This document shows, piece after piece, positions 1 through 10,445 of a DNA stretch of 64,000 nucleotides. Origin of the DNA: Methanolobus sp. (lineage in GTDB: Archaea > Halobacteriota > Methanosarcinia > Methanosarcinales > Methanosarcinaceae); the NCBI RefSeq assembly GCF_016278365.1, contig NZ_JADQBZ010000011.1:78469-142468 (forward strand), written 5' to 3'. The notes beneath the pieces are model-generated. The model saw nothing but the letters and a program-made list of their open reading frames with translations. It was not told the origin of the DNA and ran no database searches. A program made the position numbers and the translations under genes. Position 1 is the stretch's first letter. Each line of letters opens with the position of its first letter.

Positions 1-2
1 CA

Positions 3-530
3 CGCGAGGGAGTGCTTGAACACGGGCTTGGAAAATTTGTAAAAAAAGCCTTTACAGGAGAAGGAGTATCCCTCACAAAGGCCGAAGGAACTGGTAAAGT
101 GTATCTGGCCGATACCGGAAAGAAGATATCCATTATCAATCTGAATAATGAGTCCATCTTTGTCAACGGTAATGACCTGCTTGCCTTTGAGGAAAGTGTC
201 AGCTGGGATATCAAGCTTATGAAGAAAATGGCAAGTATGATGTCAGGAGGTCTTTTCAATGTCAGGCTGGAAGGAACGGGAATGGTTGCAATAACTACCC
301 ACTATGATCCCCTGACACTCAGAGTTACCAGTGACCAGCCGGTATACACCGACCCAAATGCCACTGTGGCCTGGTCCGGAAACCTTGCCCCTGAGCTTAA
401 GACCGACATATCCCTGAAGACGCTTGTCGGAAGATCAAGCGGCGAGAGCGTACAGATGGCTTTCAGAGGAGAGGGATTTGTCGTAGTGCAGCCCTTTGAA
501 GAGATTATGTACGTTACGACAACAGCCTGA
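3..530 (+). CDS. AIM24-family (TIGR00266-like) protein, 5'-partial at window edge
   Basis: The reading frame is open back to the window edge, with no stop upstream of position 12. The beta-rich sequence ([50 protein letters not shown]) matches my recollection of the AIM24/DUF124 family. This is a memory-based call. Confidence 0.55.
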   Translation, partial: REGVLEHGLGKFVKKAFTGEGVSLTKAEGTGKVYLADTGKKISIINLNNESIFVNGNDLLAFEESVSWDIKLMKKMASMMSGGLFNVRLEGTGMVAITTHYDPLTLRVTSDQPVYTDPNATVAWSGNLAPELKTDISLKTLVGRSSGESVQMAFRGEGFVVVQPFEEIMYVTTTA

Positions 531-568
531 AACAGAGACCGGAATTCTTGCAGGTATTCACCTGCAAC

Positions 569-1282
569 TCATCCTTTTGTGATGCAGTCGTAATCCACAT
601 TGACCCTTGTCAATGGAGGGACCTCGCCCCAGAGGCCCAGATAGTCACCTTGTATCACTATGGCGCCTTTTATCCCGGATGCATCCTTTACAACATCAAA
701 GGAAGCTTCAACAGCATCCCTCCCTACAGCGGTTGCATTTCCCAGAGCAGTAGCAGCGGAGTCAGCTAGCGGAACATTATCCGAGAAAACAACTGCCGCA
801 TCAGCCATCCCAAAACTTATGGAAGGCCCTACTGTCCCTGATGACGTACAAATACCAGTGATTATATCCCTCTCTTTCAAAGTGAAACCAAGATTCTTCA
901 GGGAAGATTCTCCTGCATAGATACCCATCACTACCGGCCGGTCATTAATGATTGCGATGTCGCCCCCGTTATCTACAATAGCAAAGGTGGCTCCTGCATC
1001 AACCATTGCTTCGACTGCAAAAGCGGAGATAGTGCCTGCAACAGCGCTCATAGGACCGATACCCATGGTAGTAGCTGCCTCTGTCATCCTTCTTATGATC
1101 AGAGGAGCTTCACCTTTTATGCCATAGGGTTCAAGGCTTGTCCTGAAGAAAGGATCAAAGGAAATATATCTTTCAAGCTCCATCCTCTGGCAGATGATCT
1201 CCGCTTTGGCTGCTTCTATGTAGGAGCGCTCATCCGCCTGGATAGTCACTATGGTTTCCTTCAACCGATAATATTCTTTCAT
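569..1282 (-). CDS. UPF0280 / ApbE-like protein (COG2122; MA1715-type, linked to sulfide-dependent Cys/Hcy biosynthesis)
   Basis: A 237-aa ORF, last in a same-strand run with the NIL-ferredoxin and COG1900 genes. The sequence resembles the Methanosarcina UPF0280 family. Confidence 0.7.
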   Translation of the reverse strand: MKEYYRLKETIVTIQADERSYIEAAKAEIICQRMELERYISFDPFFRTSLEPYGIKGEAPLIIRRMTEAATTMGIGPMSAVAGTISAFAVEAMVDAGATFAIVDNGGDIAIINDRPVVMGIYAGESSLKNLGFTLKERDIITGICTSSGTVGPSISFGMADAAVVFSDNVPLADSAATALGNATAVGRDAVEASFDVVKDASGIKGAIVIQGDYLGLWGEVPPLTRVNVDYDCITKG

Positions 1283-1314
1283 GCTGAGAAAATAGTATTA
1301 CCTATGAACCGGGT

Positions 1315-1707
1315 TCACTTGTTGTTCAGCAAGGTAAGGGCCCTGTGGGGACACATTTCAATACATGTGCCGCATTGGATGCATTTTGCCTGGTCTACCT
1401 TAAGACTGTAATCTTCATCCAGAGAGAATACCCTGGTAGGACATACGGATATGCATGCGCCGCATTCGACACATTCATCCTCGTCCCATTCGATAGGAGC
1501 GTCGAGTCTCCTGACGCGCGCACCTCTCGATGTTAATGCATGGTATATCTTTTCATAATGTTCTTCCAATACATCAGCTACGACTTCTCCATGGGAACGG
1601 TCAAAATGTGCCTGCGAGACGTTCAGAAGAACCCCGGTCTCTATAATCGACTCCGCGAGAATAGGCCTTACAACAGTTTCACTTGAAATGTTGATCTTGA
1701 TCTTCAT
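1315..1707 (-). CDS. NIL-domain protein fused to a 2x[4Fe-4S] ferredoxin domain (MA1822-type)
   Basis: It has an N-terminal NIL-like domain and two cluster motifs, CVECGACISVCP and CIQCGTCIEMCP. Its start lies 1 nt after the stop of the upstream COG1900 gene. Confidence 0.8.
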   Translation of the reverse strand: MKIKINISSETVVRPILAESIIETGVLLNVSQAHFDRSHGEVVADVLEEHYEKIYHALTSRGARVRRLDAPIEWDEDECVECGACISVCPTRVFSLDEDYSLKVDQAKCIQCGTCIEMCPHRALTLLNNK

Positions 1708-1708
1708 T

Positions 1709-3211
1709 TCAGTGCCTCCTTGCGAATAATTTACTTATGTCATCACTTGTGATGATTGCCACAACCTGGTTCATACTGTTGATCACAGGGAGAGCAGACA
1801 CGCCATGCTGGTCAAGACGCCTGGCAACAACAGCAACCTGCTCATCAGCCTGGGCAGTGATCACTTTACGTGTCATAATATCCTCTACAAGATCAAACTT
1901 ATTCTGGGAAACTGCTTTTGAAATATCCCAGGCTGTGACTATGCCAGCCAGCGTATTATCCTTGTTGACCACCGGCAGGTGATTGAAAGCCGTCTCCATT
2001 ATGATCTTTGCTGCTTTGTAGACACTTGCATCTTTATCTATGGTCACGATGGTGTTTGACATGATATCAGACACAAAAGAAAGACCTTCGGTCTCTTTCA
2101 TCGGACGGGACACTGTGTTTTCAGGCAGCCTCTCAACAGGCATGCTCATAAGGAAGTCGCCCCTGGAGATCCAGTCCTTAAGTTCAGAAGCTATTACCCG
2201 GGCCTTCTTGAAGCTCGAGAGTGAAGAGGTTGCAACATCCCTGCCGTCAAGCTCCACATGACCTGAGCGCAATTCCTCATATGTGACCTTGCGCAAAGCC
2301 GGGCGGTCGCGGCTGGGAACAGAATAGTCAAGAATATTGGTTGTAATATCAGCATCTCTCACAGCAGTAGCCTGCGCGATCCTTTCGTTAAGCACCGGTA
2401 TAGGTATGCCCATTCCCACATAAAGGGAGGTACCGTATCCCGTGAAATTAGCAGCCCTTATGTACTCAGGATCCATGTTCTTAAGATCCCCCTGTACCAT
2501 GAGAGTACCAAACATGCCAGCTGAGGCATGCTGCGTACCCGGTCCGACAACATATCCCTGAGCGCCCCCGAGAAAGATACGCGTACCGGTACCGATGGTC
2601 AGATATTCCGGATCATTGGACAGGGGAGACAGGACACCCGCACCTGAATAGGTGACATTGCCAAATCTTGGCAGCAGAGAGCCCATATAAGTATGGATTG
2701 TCTGTTTGGAACTATTGGTCGCTGCATTATACCTCTGGTATGCGTTGCGGGGATTGCTCATTAATGCCTGGTTCATGTCCTCAAGAGTAAGAGAAGTATC
2801 CAGAACTTTACGTGGATAACAATCGGTTCCATGAGATGTCGCATGCACATCTACGGACTTGCCCCGCAGTAGATCCTCGATGACATGTGCACCACCATAG
2901 TCCATACCCATGGATTCGGAAAGCTGCGTGGCGCCCATATATGCATCCACAGCTGCTACGCCCGTGTAAGCCTCAACGTCATTCATCCATACCTTCTGCA
3001 TCTTTATAGGAGGCTCCGAATGGCCTAAATTGAACCAGACACCTGAAGAACACATTGCACCGAAGGTACCTGTAGTAACCACATCCACTTCCTGTGCCGC
3101 GCCTTCCGGACCGAGTTCCGCTACGATACTTACCATTTCTTCGGCTGTGACAACATTCACACTTCCGTCCCTGATCTTAGCGTTTATTTCGTGAATTGTT
3201 TTTTTGACCAT
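1709..3211 (-). CDS. COG1900/DUF39 homocysteine biosynthesis protein with C-terminal tandem CBS domains (MA1821-type, aspartate-semialdehyde sulfurtransferase)
   Basis: A 500-aa ORF. The N-terminal ~380 aa are typical of COG1900. The C-terminal ~120 aa carry a CBS pair (IVTIDKDASVYKAAKIM..., VITAQADEQVAVVARRL...). Confidence 0.8.
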   Translation of the reverse strand: MVKKTIHEINAKIRDGSVNVVTAEEMVSIVAELGPEGAAQEVDVVTTGTFGAMCSSGVWFNLGHSEPPIKMQKVWMNDVEAYTGVAAVDAYMGATQLSESMGMDYGGAHVIEDLLRGKSVDVHATSHGTDCYPRKVLDTSLTLEDMNQALMSNPRNAYQRYNAATNSSKQTIHTYMGSLLPRFGNVTYSGAGVLSPLSNDPEYLTIGTGTRIFLGGAQGYVVGPGTQHASAGMFGTLMVQGDLKNMDPEYIRAANFTGYGTSLYVGMGIPIPVLNERIAQATAVRDADITTNILDYSVPSRDRPALRKVTYEELRSGHVELDGRDVATSSLSSFKKARVIASELKDWISRGDFLMSMPVERLPENTVSRPMKETEGLSFVSDIMSNTIVTIDKDASVYKAAKIIMETAFNHLPVVNKDNTLAGIVTAWDISKAVSQNKFDLVEDIMTRKVITAQADEQVAVVARRLDQHGVSALPVINSMNQVVAIITSDDISKLFARRH

Positions 3212-3421
3212 GCGTTATACCTTCGGGATTCTGAAAATTAATAATTTTGTCTACTATAAATTACTTATGGTAATTTCAACCGGACATTGTCTTCTTTATA
3301 GTACTCCAACAGAACAATCTGAAATACTGATGAGATGTATCAGGATAAACTGATGAATGAATAAACCTTAAAAAAACGCGTAAAAATGTAAGAGAATACA
3401 AAAAAGAGGCCACCTATAGCA

Positions 3422-3949
3422 TTAATCTATCCTGACTGGCCTCTGTATCCCGAACTCTTTTTTAGCCAGGACTACCTCAAGCACTCCGTTCCTGTAAGCA
3501 GCTTTTGCACTGTCAGGGTCCACACCGGTAGGAAGCTCGATCTCCTCAGTATACTTCTGCTCTTTACCGGATGCTTTAAGCTGCATAGAGTTTTCTGTTA
3601 CATGAAGTTCGATCTCTTCTTTCTCTATACCGGGCAGTTCTGCAGTAACATATACATTATCATCGATCTCACATACATCTATCAATGGTTTTCTTTCATC
3701 CACGCGTATCTGCTGCCTTCCGGAACGGTTCTCATCAGGTGAAGGTACATTGCCAAACTCACTTATCTCAGGTTCTTCACCCGGACGCTGCGAGATAGAG
3801 AAACCATAGACAAACGGCTGTTTTGAAAGATCATCCACGTCTACACCGAACCTTTCCATCATATGCTCGATGATATCTTCAATATCACTGAAGTCCTCAT
3901 CATCCAGGATATCTTCAAAAAAACTTCGCTTCTTTCTTTTATCGGACAT
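3422..3949 (-). CDS. hsp20: Hsp20/alpha-crystallin family small heat-shock protein
   Basis: The C-terminal alpha-crystallin domain (VDVCEIDDNVYVTAELPGIEKEEIELHV...AAYRNGVLEVVLAK) follows an acidic N-terminal region. I chose the ATG at 3949 (MSDKRKK) rather than the longer ORF-track start. Confidence 0.8.
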   Translation of the reverse strand: MSDKRKKRSFFEDILDDEDFSDIEDIIEHMMERFGVDVDDLSKQPFVYGFSISQRPGEEPEISEFGNVPSPDENRSGRQQIRVDERKPLIDVCEIDDNVYVTAELPGIEKEEIELHVTENSMQLKASGKEQKYTEEIELPTGVDPDSAKAAYRNGVLEVVLAKKEFGIQRPVRID

Positions 3950-4097
3950 TGATAAACACCACTTTGATAATCGGAATGGTCTACAATAGACAATACACAC
4001 TAAATAGGTATGCATTCTTAACTATTTTGCTTTGATCGCCTGCCAATCAAAACAGTAATACCATAATATATAACTGTTTGAGCAAGTTATTAGTATA

Positions 4098-5423
4098 ATG
4101 ACATTGAGTTCCATGAACTCCACAGCCGGTCAAAAAGCATTATTTCCCCTGTATACCGTCACATTCATCGGGACCCTGGGTTTTGGAATAATCCTGACAT
4201 TCCTTGTTTTTCTTGTGACAGATTATGGAGGTAATGCACTTGTATATGGCCTGCTTGCCTCCACATATCCTGCATTCCAGCTTATCGGGGCCCCGGTACT
4301 CGGAAAGTGGTCCGACATCTACGGAAGGAAGAAGGTTTTACTTCTTAGCCAGTTAGGAACAGTAGCCGCATGGATCATATTCCTTATAGCACTTTTTATC
4401 CCGGTAACTCCTTTAATTCAGATCGAATCCAGCCTCCTTGGTTCATTTATGGTAACTCTTCCTTTGGTAGTTATCTTCTTTGCAAGAGCGCTCGATGGCC
4501 TCACAGGAGGTAACGTATCTGTTGCTAATGCATATCTGGCAGACCTGACATCCGAAGAGGAGAGAAATAAGAACTACGGACAAATGTCAATAGCATCCAA
4601 TCTTGGATATGTCATTGGCCCCGCACTTGCAGGCATCCTGGGAACTACGGCGTATGGAGAAACCCTTCCAGTCTTAGCAGCTTTGACAATATCAATTATT
4701 GGAGCCCTGATAATAATATTATATCTCCCCAATCCCTCTGCCTGCATTAGCAAAGAACCACCCCCACCAAGAGGTATTGCAAAAGTGATTGGCCAGGAGC
4801 ACAAGGAATGTTACGCACCCGAAGAAGGAAAAAAGATTGCCCTTAAAGAGGTGTTCAAGATCGAGAATGTTCCCTTCATGATACTGGTCTACTTTTTAAT
4901 TTTCCTGGGATTCAATATATACTACACAGCATTCCCAATCTTTGCTGCTGTCGCTCTTGAATGGAGCCCGGCGGAACTCGGGATCTATTTTTCCATCATC
5001 AGTGCTTTGATGGCTTTTGTCCAGGGACCGGTGCTTGCCAGACTTGCAACAAGGTACACAGAATCAATACTGATCGTTACCGGTGGTTTTATTCTTGGGA
5101 TGCAGTTCCTTCTCATAATACCCGGTAATATGTTCTTAATATATGTAGCAGCACTTTTCTTTGCATTTGGCAACGGAGTGATGTGGCCCTGCATCCTCTC
5201 AGTCCTTTCTAAATTTGCAGGAAAGATCTACCAGGGTTCAGTGCAGGGTTTTGCCATGAGCGCCGGTAGCCTTGCAAGCATACTGGGACTTCTTGCAGGC
5301 GGATTGCTATACACGCAGTTAAGGACAACTACGTTTCTTATAGCAGCCCTGATAATATTTTCTGTTGTCATTTTGTCATTCAGGTTGATTGGAATGGATA
5401 TAAAAGGAGGAAAAGAGGAATAA
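4098..5423 (+). CDS. MFS transporter
   Basis: A 441-aa ORF with about 12 predicted hydrophobic helices. It carries the MFS loop motif GKWSDIYGRKK between TM2 and TM3. Confidence 0.8.
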   Translation: MTLSSMNSTAGQKALFPLYTVTFIGTLGFGIILTFLVFLVTDYGGNALVYGLLASTYPAFQLIGAPVLGKWSDIYGRKKVLLLSQLGTVAAWIIFLIALFIPVTPLIQIESSLLGSFMVTLPLVVIFFARALDGLTGGNVSVANAYLADLTSEEERNKNYGQMSIASNLGYVIGPALAGILGTTAYGETLPVLAALTISIIGALIIILYLPNPSACISKEPPPPRGIAKVIGQEHKECYAPEEGKKIALKEVFKIENVPFMILVYFLIFLGFNIYYTAFPIFAAVALEWSPAELGIYFSIISALMAFVQGPVLARLATRYTESILIVTGGFILGMQFLLIIPGNMFLIYVAALFFAFGNGVMWPCILSVLSKFAGKIYQGSVQGFAMSAGSLASILGLLAGGLLYTQLRTTTFLIAALIIFSVVILSFRLIGMDIKGGKEE

Positions 5424-5512
5424 ATACTCCATATCACAACAATATAGTAAGAGCAATAAGATAAGAGCAAGAACAGGAAATAAGGCAGGTACAAATATTA
5501 GGAGGCATTTAT

Positions 5513-5815
5513 ATGGGAAATCTGAAAGAATTGTTCATGAAAGAGAACGTAGGAGGTCTCGACCTCATATTAAGGGCGCTTTTTGGGTCACTTGCGATAT
5601 CTGCTCTGGCAGTTGGCATCGCAAAGCATAGTAAATGGAAGTGGGTACTGGCAATTATAGGTTTTACCGGAATATTTTCATCTCTCACACGCCATTGTAC
5701 CCCCTACGTGTTGCTCGGGATCAATACCGCGAATACCGGAGAAAACAAAGAGATATATCCTGAGAGAAGCAAAAAGGCAATCACTGGAGAAGGAACAGTT
5801 GAGGAAATTTTGTGA
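5513..5815 (+). CDS. small membrane protein, DUF2892 (YgaP-like) type
   Basis: A 100-aa ORF with two hydrophobic helices and a conserved-looking Cys (LTRHCTPY) as in DUF2892 proteins. The family call is tentative. Confidence 0.5.
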   Translation: MGNLKELFMKENVGGLDLILRALFGSLAISALAVGIAKHSKWKWVLAIIGFTGIFSSLTRHCTPYVLLGINTANTGENKEIYPERSKKAITGEGTVEEIL

Positions 5816-5856
5816 GGCTACACATATTATCCACTAATAATCCATTGGATAAAGAC

Positions 5857-7347
5857 TTATTTAGGAACAGTATGTCCGTCCTCAGCATATAATGGGAGTG
5901 ATACGTGAACTTTCGTACCAACCCCTTCTCTGCTCTCCACCCAGATATTTCCTTTATGTACATCTACAATGTTCTTAGCAAGATAGAGTCCCAGACCATT
6001 GCCTCCATAGTTACGGGTCATTGAGCCATCTACCTGGTAGAATCTTTCAAAGATTTTAGATATATGGTTCTCTGGTATCCCTATCCCGTTATCAGATACT
6101 TCAGCATGCATGATTCCGCTTTCCTCGTAAGCGCAGATTCCGATTCGGCCCCCTTTAGGTGAGAATTTGACTGCATTATCTATAAGGTAGATAAAAAGCT
6201 GTTTCAGTAGTTCAGTATTGCCATATATGAAATGCATACGTTTATCATAAGAAGCATTAAGAAGTAGCCCTTTTTCCTCTACTTTAAATGACAGGCTCTT
6301 CATAGCGTTATCCATGACATCGACCATGCTTAGGGGAGAAAAGACATGCTGCTTTTTGAACTGGAGGGCATTCATATGCAGGAGCGATTCTATCAACCGG
6401 CTCAGGCGCTCGGAGTTGGAGACAATGACTTTTAGTCCTTGTTTTTGTTTCTCGTTCAGATCACCGAGCATGCCCTCATATATTATCTCACTGTAACCCT
6501 TAATGGAGATAAGAGGGGTCTTTAGCTCGTGAGTAACATTGGATACGAATTCATCTTTCATTTTTTCAAGCGACTTCAGTTCCTCATAAGCTTTAGTAGT
6601 CTTTTCCAGTAGCTGTATGTTCTCGACCGTTATTCCGGCAAGTTTACCCACACTTTCAAGTACGTAGGAATCATCTTCATTGAGCTTCAGCTGCTTTTTC
6701 AGGGAAAACATGAAAAAACCGGTCACCTCATTTCTTGCCACCATTGGGATAGCAATAATATTGTCCATGCCCAATTCCGGGAAGATATCAGATTTCACTT
6801 CAAGAACATGTGCTTTCTCAGTCTTTCGAGAAAGGCTGTTCATTTCAATTATGCTCACTATGAGAGGATGATCAAGAGGAATACTTGTAAGACCTTTTTT
6901 CAGCAGGACAGGCGTTTCAGCATCTACAAACATTACTGCGTTGTCAGAATCCTGCTTTATCAGGTGGATGAATCCATAGTTTGCATTCAGATATGAAAGA
7001 AGTTCGTTCAGAACATTCTCTAAAAAATCGTGGACATCATAGGAGCTGGCAGATACAGAGGCGGCAGAATGAAGAATTAGCAGCTCTCGGTCTTTTTTGC
7101 TCACCTTCCTCTCAGCATTCTGGCATTGCACTGTTAACTGGGAAAGAGTAACCCCTGAAAGCAGGAATACAATAACTATGAAAGAGTGAAGGTAGAGTTC
7201 CCGCCCAGGGAAATACGCAAGCAATCCAGAGATAAATGCATCATTGATAAAAAGGAAGTCTATAAATGGATCCTGGGTCAGAGCCAAGAGGCAGAAAAAT
7301 AGAATTATACATAGTGTAATACTTGTAAAGAATAGATTGTTTCTCAT
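5857..7347 (-). CDS. membrane sensor histidine kinase (TM - GAF - HisKA - HATPase_c), no adjacent response regulator
   Basis: It has the H-box THELKTPL and N/G-box motifs (DNAVKFSP, DNGIGIP, GGNGLGL), plus N-terminal hydrophobic helices. I chose the ATG at 7347; a TTG at 7374 is the alternative start. Confidence 0.8.
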   Translation of the reverse strand: MRNNLFFTSITLCIILFFCLLALTQDPFIDFLFINDAFISGLLAYFPGRELYLHSFIVIVFLLSGVTLSQLTVQCQNAERKVSKKDRELLILHSAASVSASSYDVHDFLENVLNELLSYLNANYGFIHLIKQDSDNAVMFVDAETPVLLKKGLTSIPLDHPLIVSIIEMNSLSRKTEKAHVLEVKSDIFPELGMDNIIAIPMVARNEVTGFFMFSLKKQLKLNEDDSYVLESVGKLAGITVENIQLLEKTTKAYEELKSLEKMKDEFVSNVTHELKTPLISIKGYSEIIYEGMLGDLNEKQKQGLKVIVSNSERLSRLIESLLHMNALQFKKQHVFSPLSMVDVMDNAMKSLSFKVEEKGLLLNASYDKRMHFIYGNTELLKQLFIYLIDNAVKFSPKGGRIGICAYEESGIMHAEVSDNGIGIPENHISKIFERFYQVDGSMTRNYGGNGLGLYLAKNIVDVHKGNIWVESREGVGTKVHVSLPLYAEDGHTVPK

Positions 7348-7744
7348 AGACCACCAATAACTGCCTGTAACCAATCGTTCCTACGATATTACATATAGGC
7401 ATGAAGCACAAATATATAAAACTTCACACATACAATGCATATAAATCCAGAGTGTATTCAAACAAATTGTAAATGATCATAAAATCAATCCAATAGTAGT
7501 TCTGAGTCATTAGTAAAAATTATGCTTAGATGAGAAAAGCAAGTAAACGCTTACTCAATGCTTAAGTTTTTAAGCAGTTATACGTATGTAGGTTGCGCGC
7601 CTGGAAGACCAGGCAGATAAAACGTAATTACTATGCAGATGTTGGAGACAATTATAAAATGTATGCTGCAGTTCTATACTATAAACTGCACATATGTACC
7701 ATAAATATTATAGTATAATCACATTGATCCATGGAGCAAATAAC

Positions 7745-9316
7745 ATGAGAATATTAGTCAGCGACCCATTATCTGAACAGGGATTGGCAATACTCAGTCA
7801 ACAATTTACAGTGGATGTATTAACCAAGCTTTCCGAAGAAGAACTCATAGAGAAGATACGTGACTATGATGCTCTAGTCATCCGTAGTGGGACACAGGTC
7901 ACAAGGAAAGTGATAGAAGCGGCCGGTAAAATGAAAATAATCGGCAGGGCAGGCGTGGGCGTTGACAATATTGATGTTGAGGCGGCTACAGAAAAGGGGA
8001 TTATTGTTACTAATGCACCTGAAGGCAATATGTTATCAGCTGCCGAGCATACTATTGCAATGATGATGGGGCTTGCAAGAAATATACCACAGGCTAACGC
8101 CTCCCTTAAATCCAAAAAATGGGAGCGCAATAAGTTCATGGGCGTGGAGGTCAATGGCAAGATATTGGGAGTCATCGGCCTTGGACGCATCGGAGCTGAA
8201 GTTGCTAAGAGAGCCCAGGGACTTAATATGGACATTCTTGCATACGATCCGTTCATCTCAGAGGATAAGGCAAGCGAACTAGGCGTCAGGCTCAGGTCAG
8301 TGCATGAGATTGTAAAGGAAGCAGACTTCATTACAGTACACACACCACTCACAAAGGAAACAAGGAATATCATCGACAAGAGAGAGTTTGAGATGATGAA
8401 GAGCAACGTTAGAATAATCAACTGCGCCCGTGGAGGTATAATAAATGAAGAAGCACTCGCCCAAGCCCTTAAGTCTGGCAGGATCGCTGGCGCTGCAGTA
8501 GATGTATTCGTGAACGAACCTCCTTTTGACAGCCCTATGCTCGAATGTGAAAATCTGGTAGCAACTCCCCATCTGGGTGCATCCACCGAAGAGGCGCAGA
8601 TCAATGTCGCGGTATCAGTTGCAGAAGAGGTAGTCTCGGTATTGAATGGAGGTGTTTCCAAGAATGCTATCAATATACCATCTGTCAAGCCCGAGGTCAT
8701 GTCCGTACTTGCACCGTATATCCAGCTTGCTGAAACGATGAGCAAAGCCTGCGCACAGCTGCTTGGAAAGAACTATGAGAAGATCGAGATCTCGTACCAT
8801 GGCGAAATTGCAGGAAAAGATACAAGGCCTGTAACCGTTGCTGCTGTGAAGGGTATGCTCCAGGTGGCACTTGGTTCAGCCGTCAACTATGTTAATGCAA
8901 ACAGCCTCGCAAAGTCCAGAAAGGTAGAGGTTATCGAGAGCAAATCACAGACCTCGGATGAATACGCTTCCATTGTCAAGATAAAAATCACAAAGGGTAA
9001 TGAGGACCAGTCCATTACAGGTACTGTCGTTGGCAATGCTGCCAAGATAATCGGCATCAATGGCGAGAATGTAGATCTGGCGCCAGCCGGATACATAATT
9101 GTGGCAACCCATATCAATAAGCCTAATGTGATAGGACCCTGCTGTATCGTACTGGGGAAAAACAATATCAATATATCAGGAATGCAGGTTGGCAGAGTGC
9201 CAATCGGAGAAGTAACTATTATGGCATTGAATGTCGATTCCGAAGTCCCGGAGCCCATTCTTAAAGAGATGAGGTCCGTGGAAGGGATCATTGATGCCAA
9301 GCTTATTAAACTCTGA
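7745..9316 (+). CDS. serA: D-3-phosphoglycerate dehydrogenase
   Basis: The protein starts MRILVSDPLSEQGL. It has the NAD-binding motif GVIGLGRIGAEVA, the catalytic region HLGASTEEAQ and a C-terminal ACT domain. The start was trimmed to the ATG at 7745. Confidence 0.9.
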   Translation: MRILVSDPLSEQGLAILSQQFTVDVLTKLSEEELIEKIRDYDALVIRSGTQVTRKVIEAAGKMKIIGRAGVGVDNIDVEAATEKGIIVTNAPEGNMLSAAEHTIAMMMGLARNIPQANASLKSKKWERNKFMGVEVNGKILGVIGLGRIGAEVAKRAQGLNMDILAYDPFISEDKASELGVRLRSVHEIVKEADFITVHTPLTKETRNIIDKREFEMMKSNVRIINCARGGIINEEALAQALKSGRIAGAAVDVFVNEPPFDSPMLECENLVATPHLGASTEEAQINVAVSVAEEVVSVLNGGVSKNAINIPSVKPEVMSVLAPYIQLAETMSKACAQLLGKNYEKIEISYHGEIAGKDTRPVTVAAVKGMLQVALGSAVNYVNANSLAKSRKVEVIESKSQTSDEYASIVKIKITKGNEDQSITGTVVGNAAKIIGINGENVDLAPAGYIIVATHINKPNVIGPCCIVLGKNNINISGMQVGRVPIGEVTIMALNVDSEVPEPILKEMRSVEGIIDAKLIKL

Positions 9317-9324
9317 GTTATAAA

Positions 9325-9834
9325 ATGAAACTGGCGGAAGACGATCAGCCAATGATGAGGAAGCGAATATATCACCGGTTCCCCCATAGGGAAGTGGAAT
9401 TCGAACAAAAGTACCGATATCATTCGGACTTACCTTTTTTTACGAGGGTAATGGCTAACATGGATGGGAAGTTCGGTATGTTCGTCACCGAATCCATCAC
9501 CCAGAGAGGTCACAGGATACAAGCCAAACGAGAGATACGTGTGGAGATCGTCACTAATGGAGTCGACTTCGGCTCACTGAGTTATGAAAACGTCGATGAG
9601 ATCGTTGAGAGTATTGAGAAGGAAGGGATCCTGGATTTCAGAGTCCAGTTGCACTACAGTTATCTTGACGGGAAGTACAACCGAGTGGCTTTCAGAGGCG
9701 ATGTGTACCTTGTGCGCGCCATCCTTGAGAATGAACTTCTTGTGCTTCATATCAACCATATCGACGGCCAGAAAAGAACAGAATGCGGCAGGGTTGCAGA
9801 CACTATTATTGATGAACTCAGACGTGGGTCATAA
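9325..9834 (+). CDS. conserved archaeal hypothetical protein
   Basis: A 169-aa ORF that begins 8 nt after the serA stop. Its stop overlaps the next ORF's ATG (TAATG). I recognised no motif. Confidence 0.45.
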   Translation: MKLAEDDQPMMRKRIYHRFPHREVEFEQKYRYHSDLPFFTRVMANMDGKFGMFVTESITQRGHRIQAKREIRVEIVTNGVDFGSLSYENVDEIVESIEKEGILDFRVQLHYSYLDGKYNRVAFRGDVYLVRAILENELLVLHINHIDGQKRTECGRVADTIIDELRRGS

Positions 9835-10307
9835 TGGATGATGAACTGAAACTTGTTGTTGCCACTCCTTTTAAGAAAAAGGCGACAACATCACTTTCAA
9901 TAAAGGACTTTGAATTTGCGCTTTCCTTTGACCTCAAATGGATGGCTCCCCCATTAGCTTCAAAAGCAAGGGACAAGGCAATAAGTTCCGGGCTTTTAAA
10001 GCTTGAAGGAAGCAAGCTAATACCTACCTTTGATGTTGCACACATAGAACTGCCAAACGGGTTCAAGCCCTCAGGTAACCTTTTTGCAGAAAAGTTACTC
10101 TTGGAAGAACTAATATCCACGATAGTAGCAAAGACAGACAAGAGTGAAAAGGACGTGGTAGCCCGGATAAATGGCAAGCAGGAGCAACTTGGAAACCTTG
10201 TAGATATCGAAATTGTCGGACTGATAGTCGCAAAAGATATGGGATGCGACACAGGAGGCATCTATGAGAAGGTCCATACTAGAATATTCCATCGCACTAG
10301 CACATAA
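9834..10307 (+). CDS. conserved archaeal hypothetical protein (possibly DUF2240-like)
   Basis: A 157-aa ORF translationally coupled to the preceding ORF, sitting upstream of the rpl18e cluster. The family is suggested from memory only. Confidence 0.45.
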   Translation: MDDELKLVVATPFKKKATTSLSIKDFEFALSFDLKWMAPPLASKARDKAISSGLLKLEGSKLIPTFDVAHIELPNGFKPSGNLFAEKLLLEELISTIVAKTDKSEKDVVARINGKQEQLGNLVDIEIVGLIVAKDMGCDTGGIYEKVHTRIFHRTST

Positions 10308-10445
10308 CATTTATGTACTAGTAATGTTATTGAAAGGACGAATCTATGAAATATAGATTTATCATGTTCTTACTTTATTGGCACCTAATGGATGTTCGAA
10401 CGCATATTGATGCGTGAGTGAGACATAATCTTGCGGAGGAACATT

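Noticed and set aside
548-920. Two plus-strand ORFs (73 and 86 aa) opposite the UPF0280 gene
   Set aside because: They are short, overlap each other and overlap a better-supported minus-strand gene in an operon context.
7864-8745. A 293-aa minus-strand ORF inside serA
   Set aside because: It is a shadow ORF opposite a well-supported dehydrogenase gene. Its composition is low-complexity and S/A/T/I-rich, with no recognisable domain.
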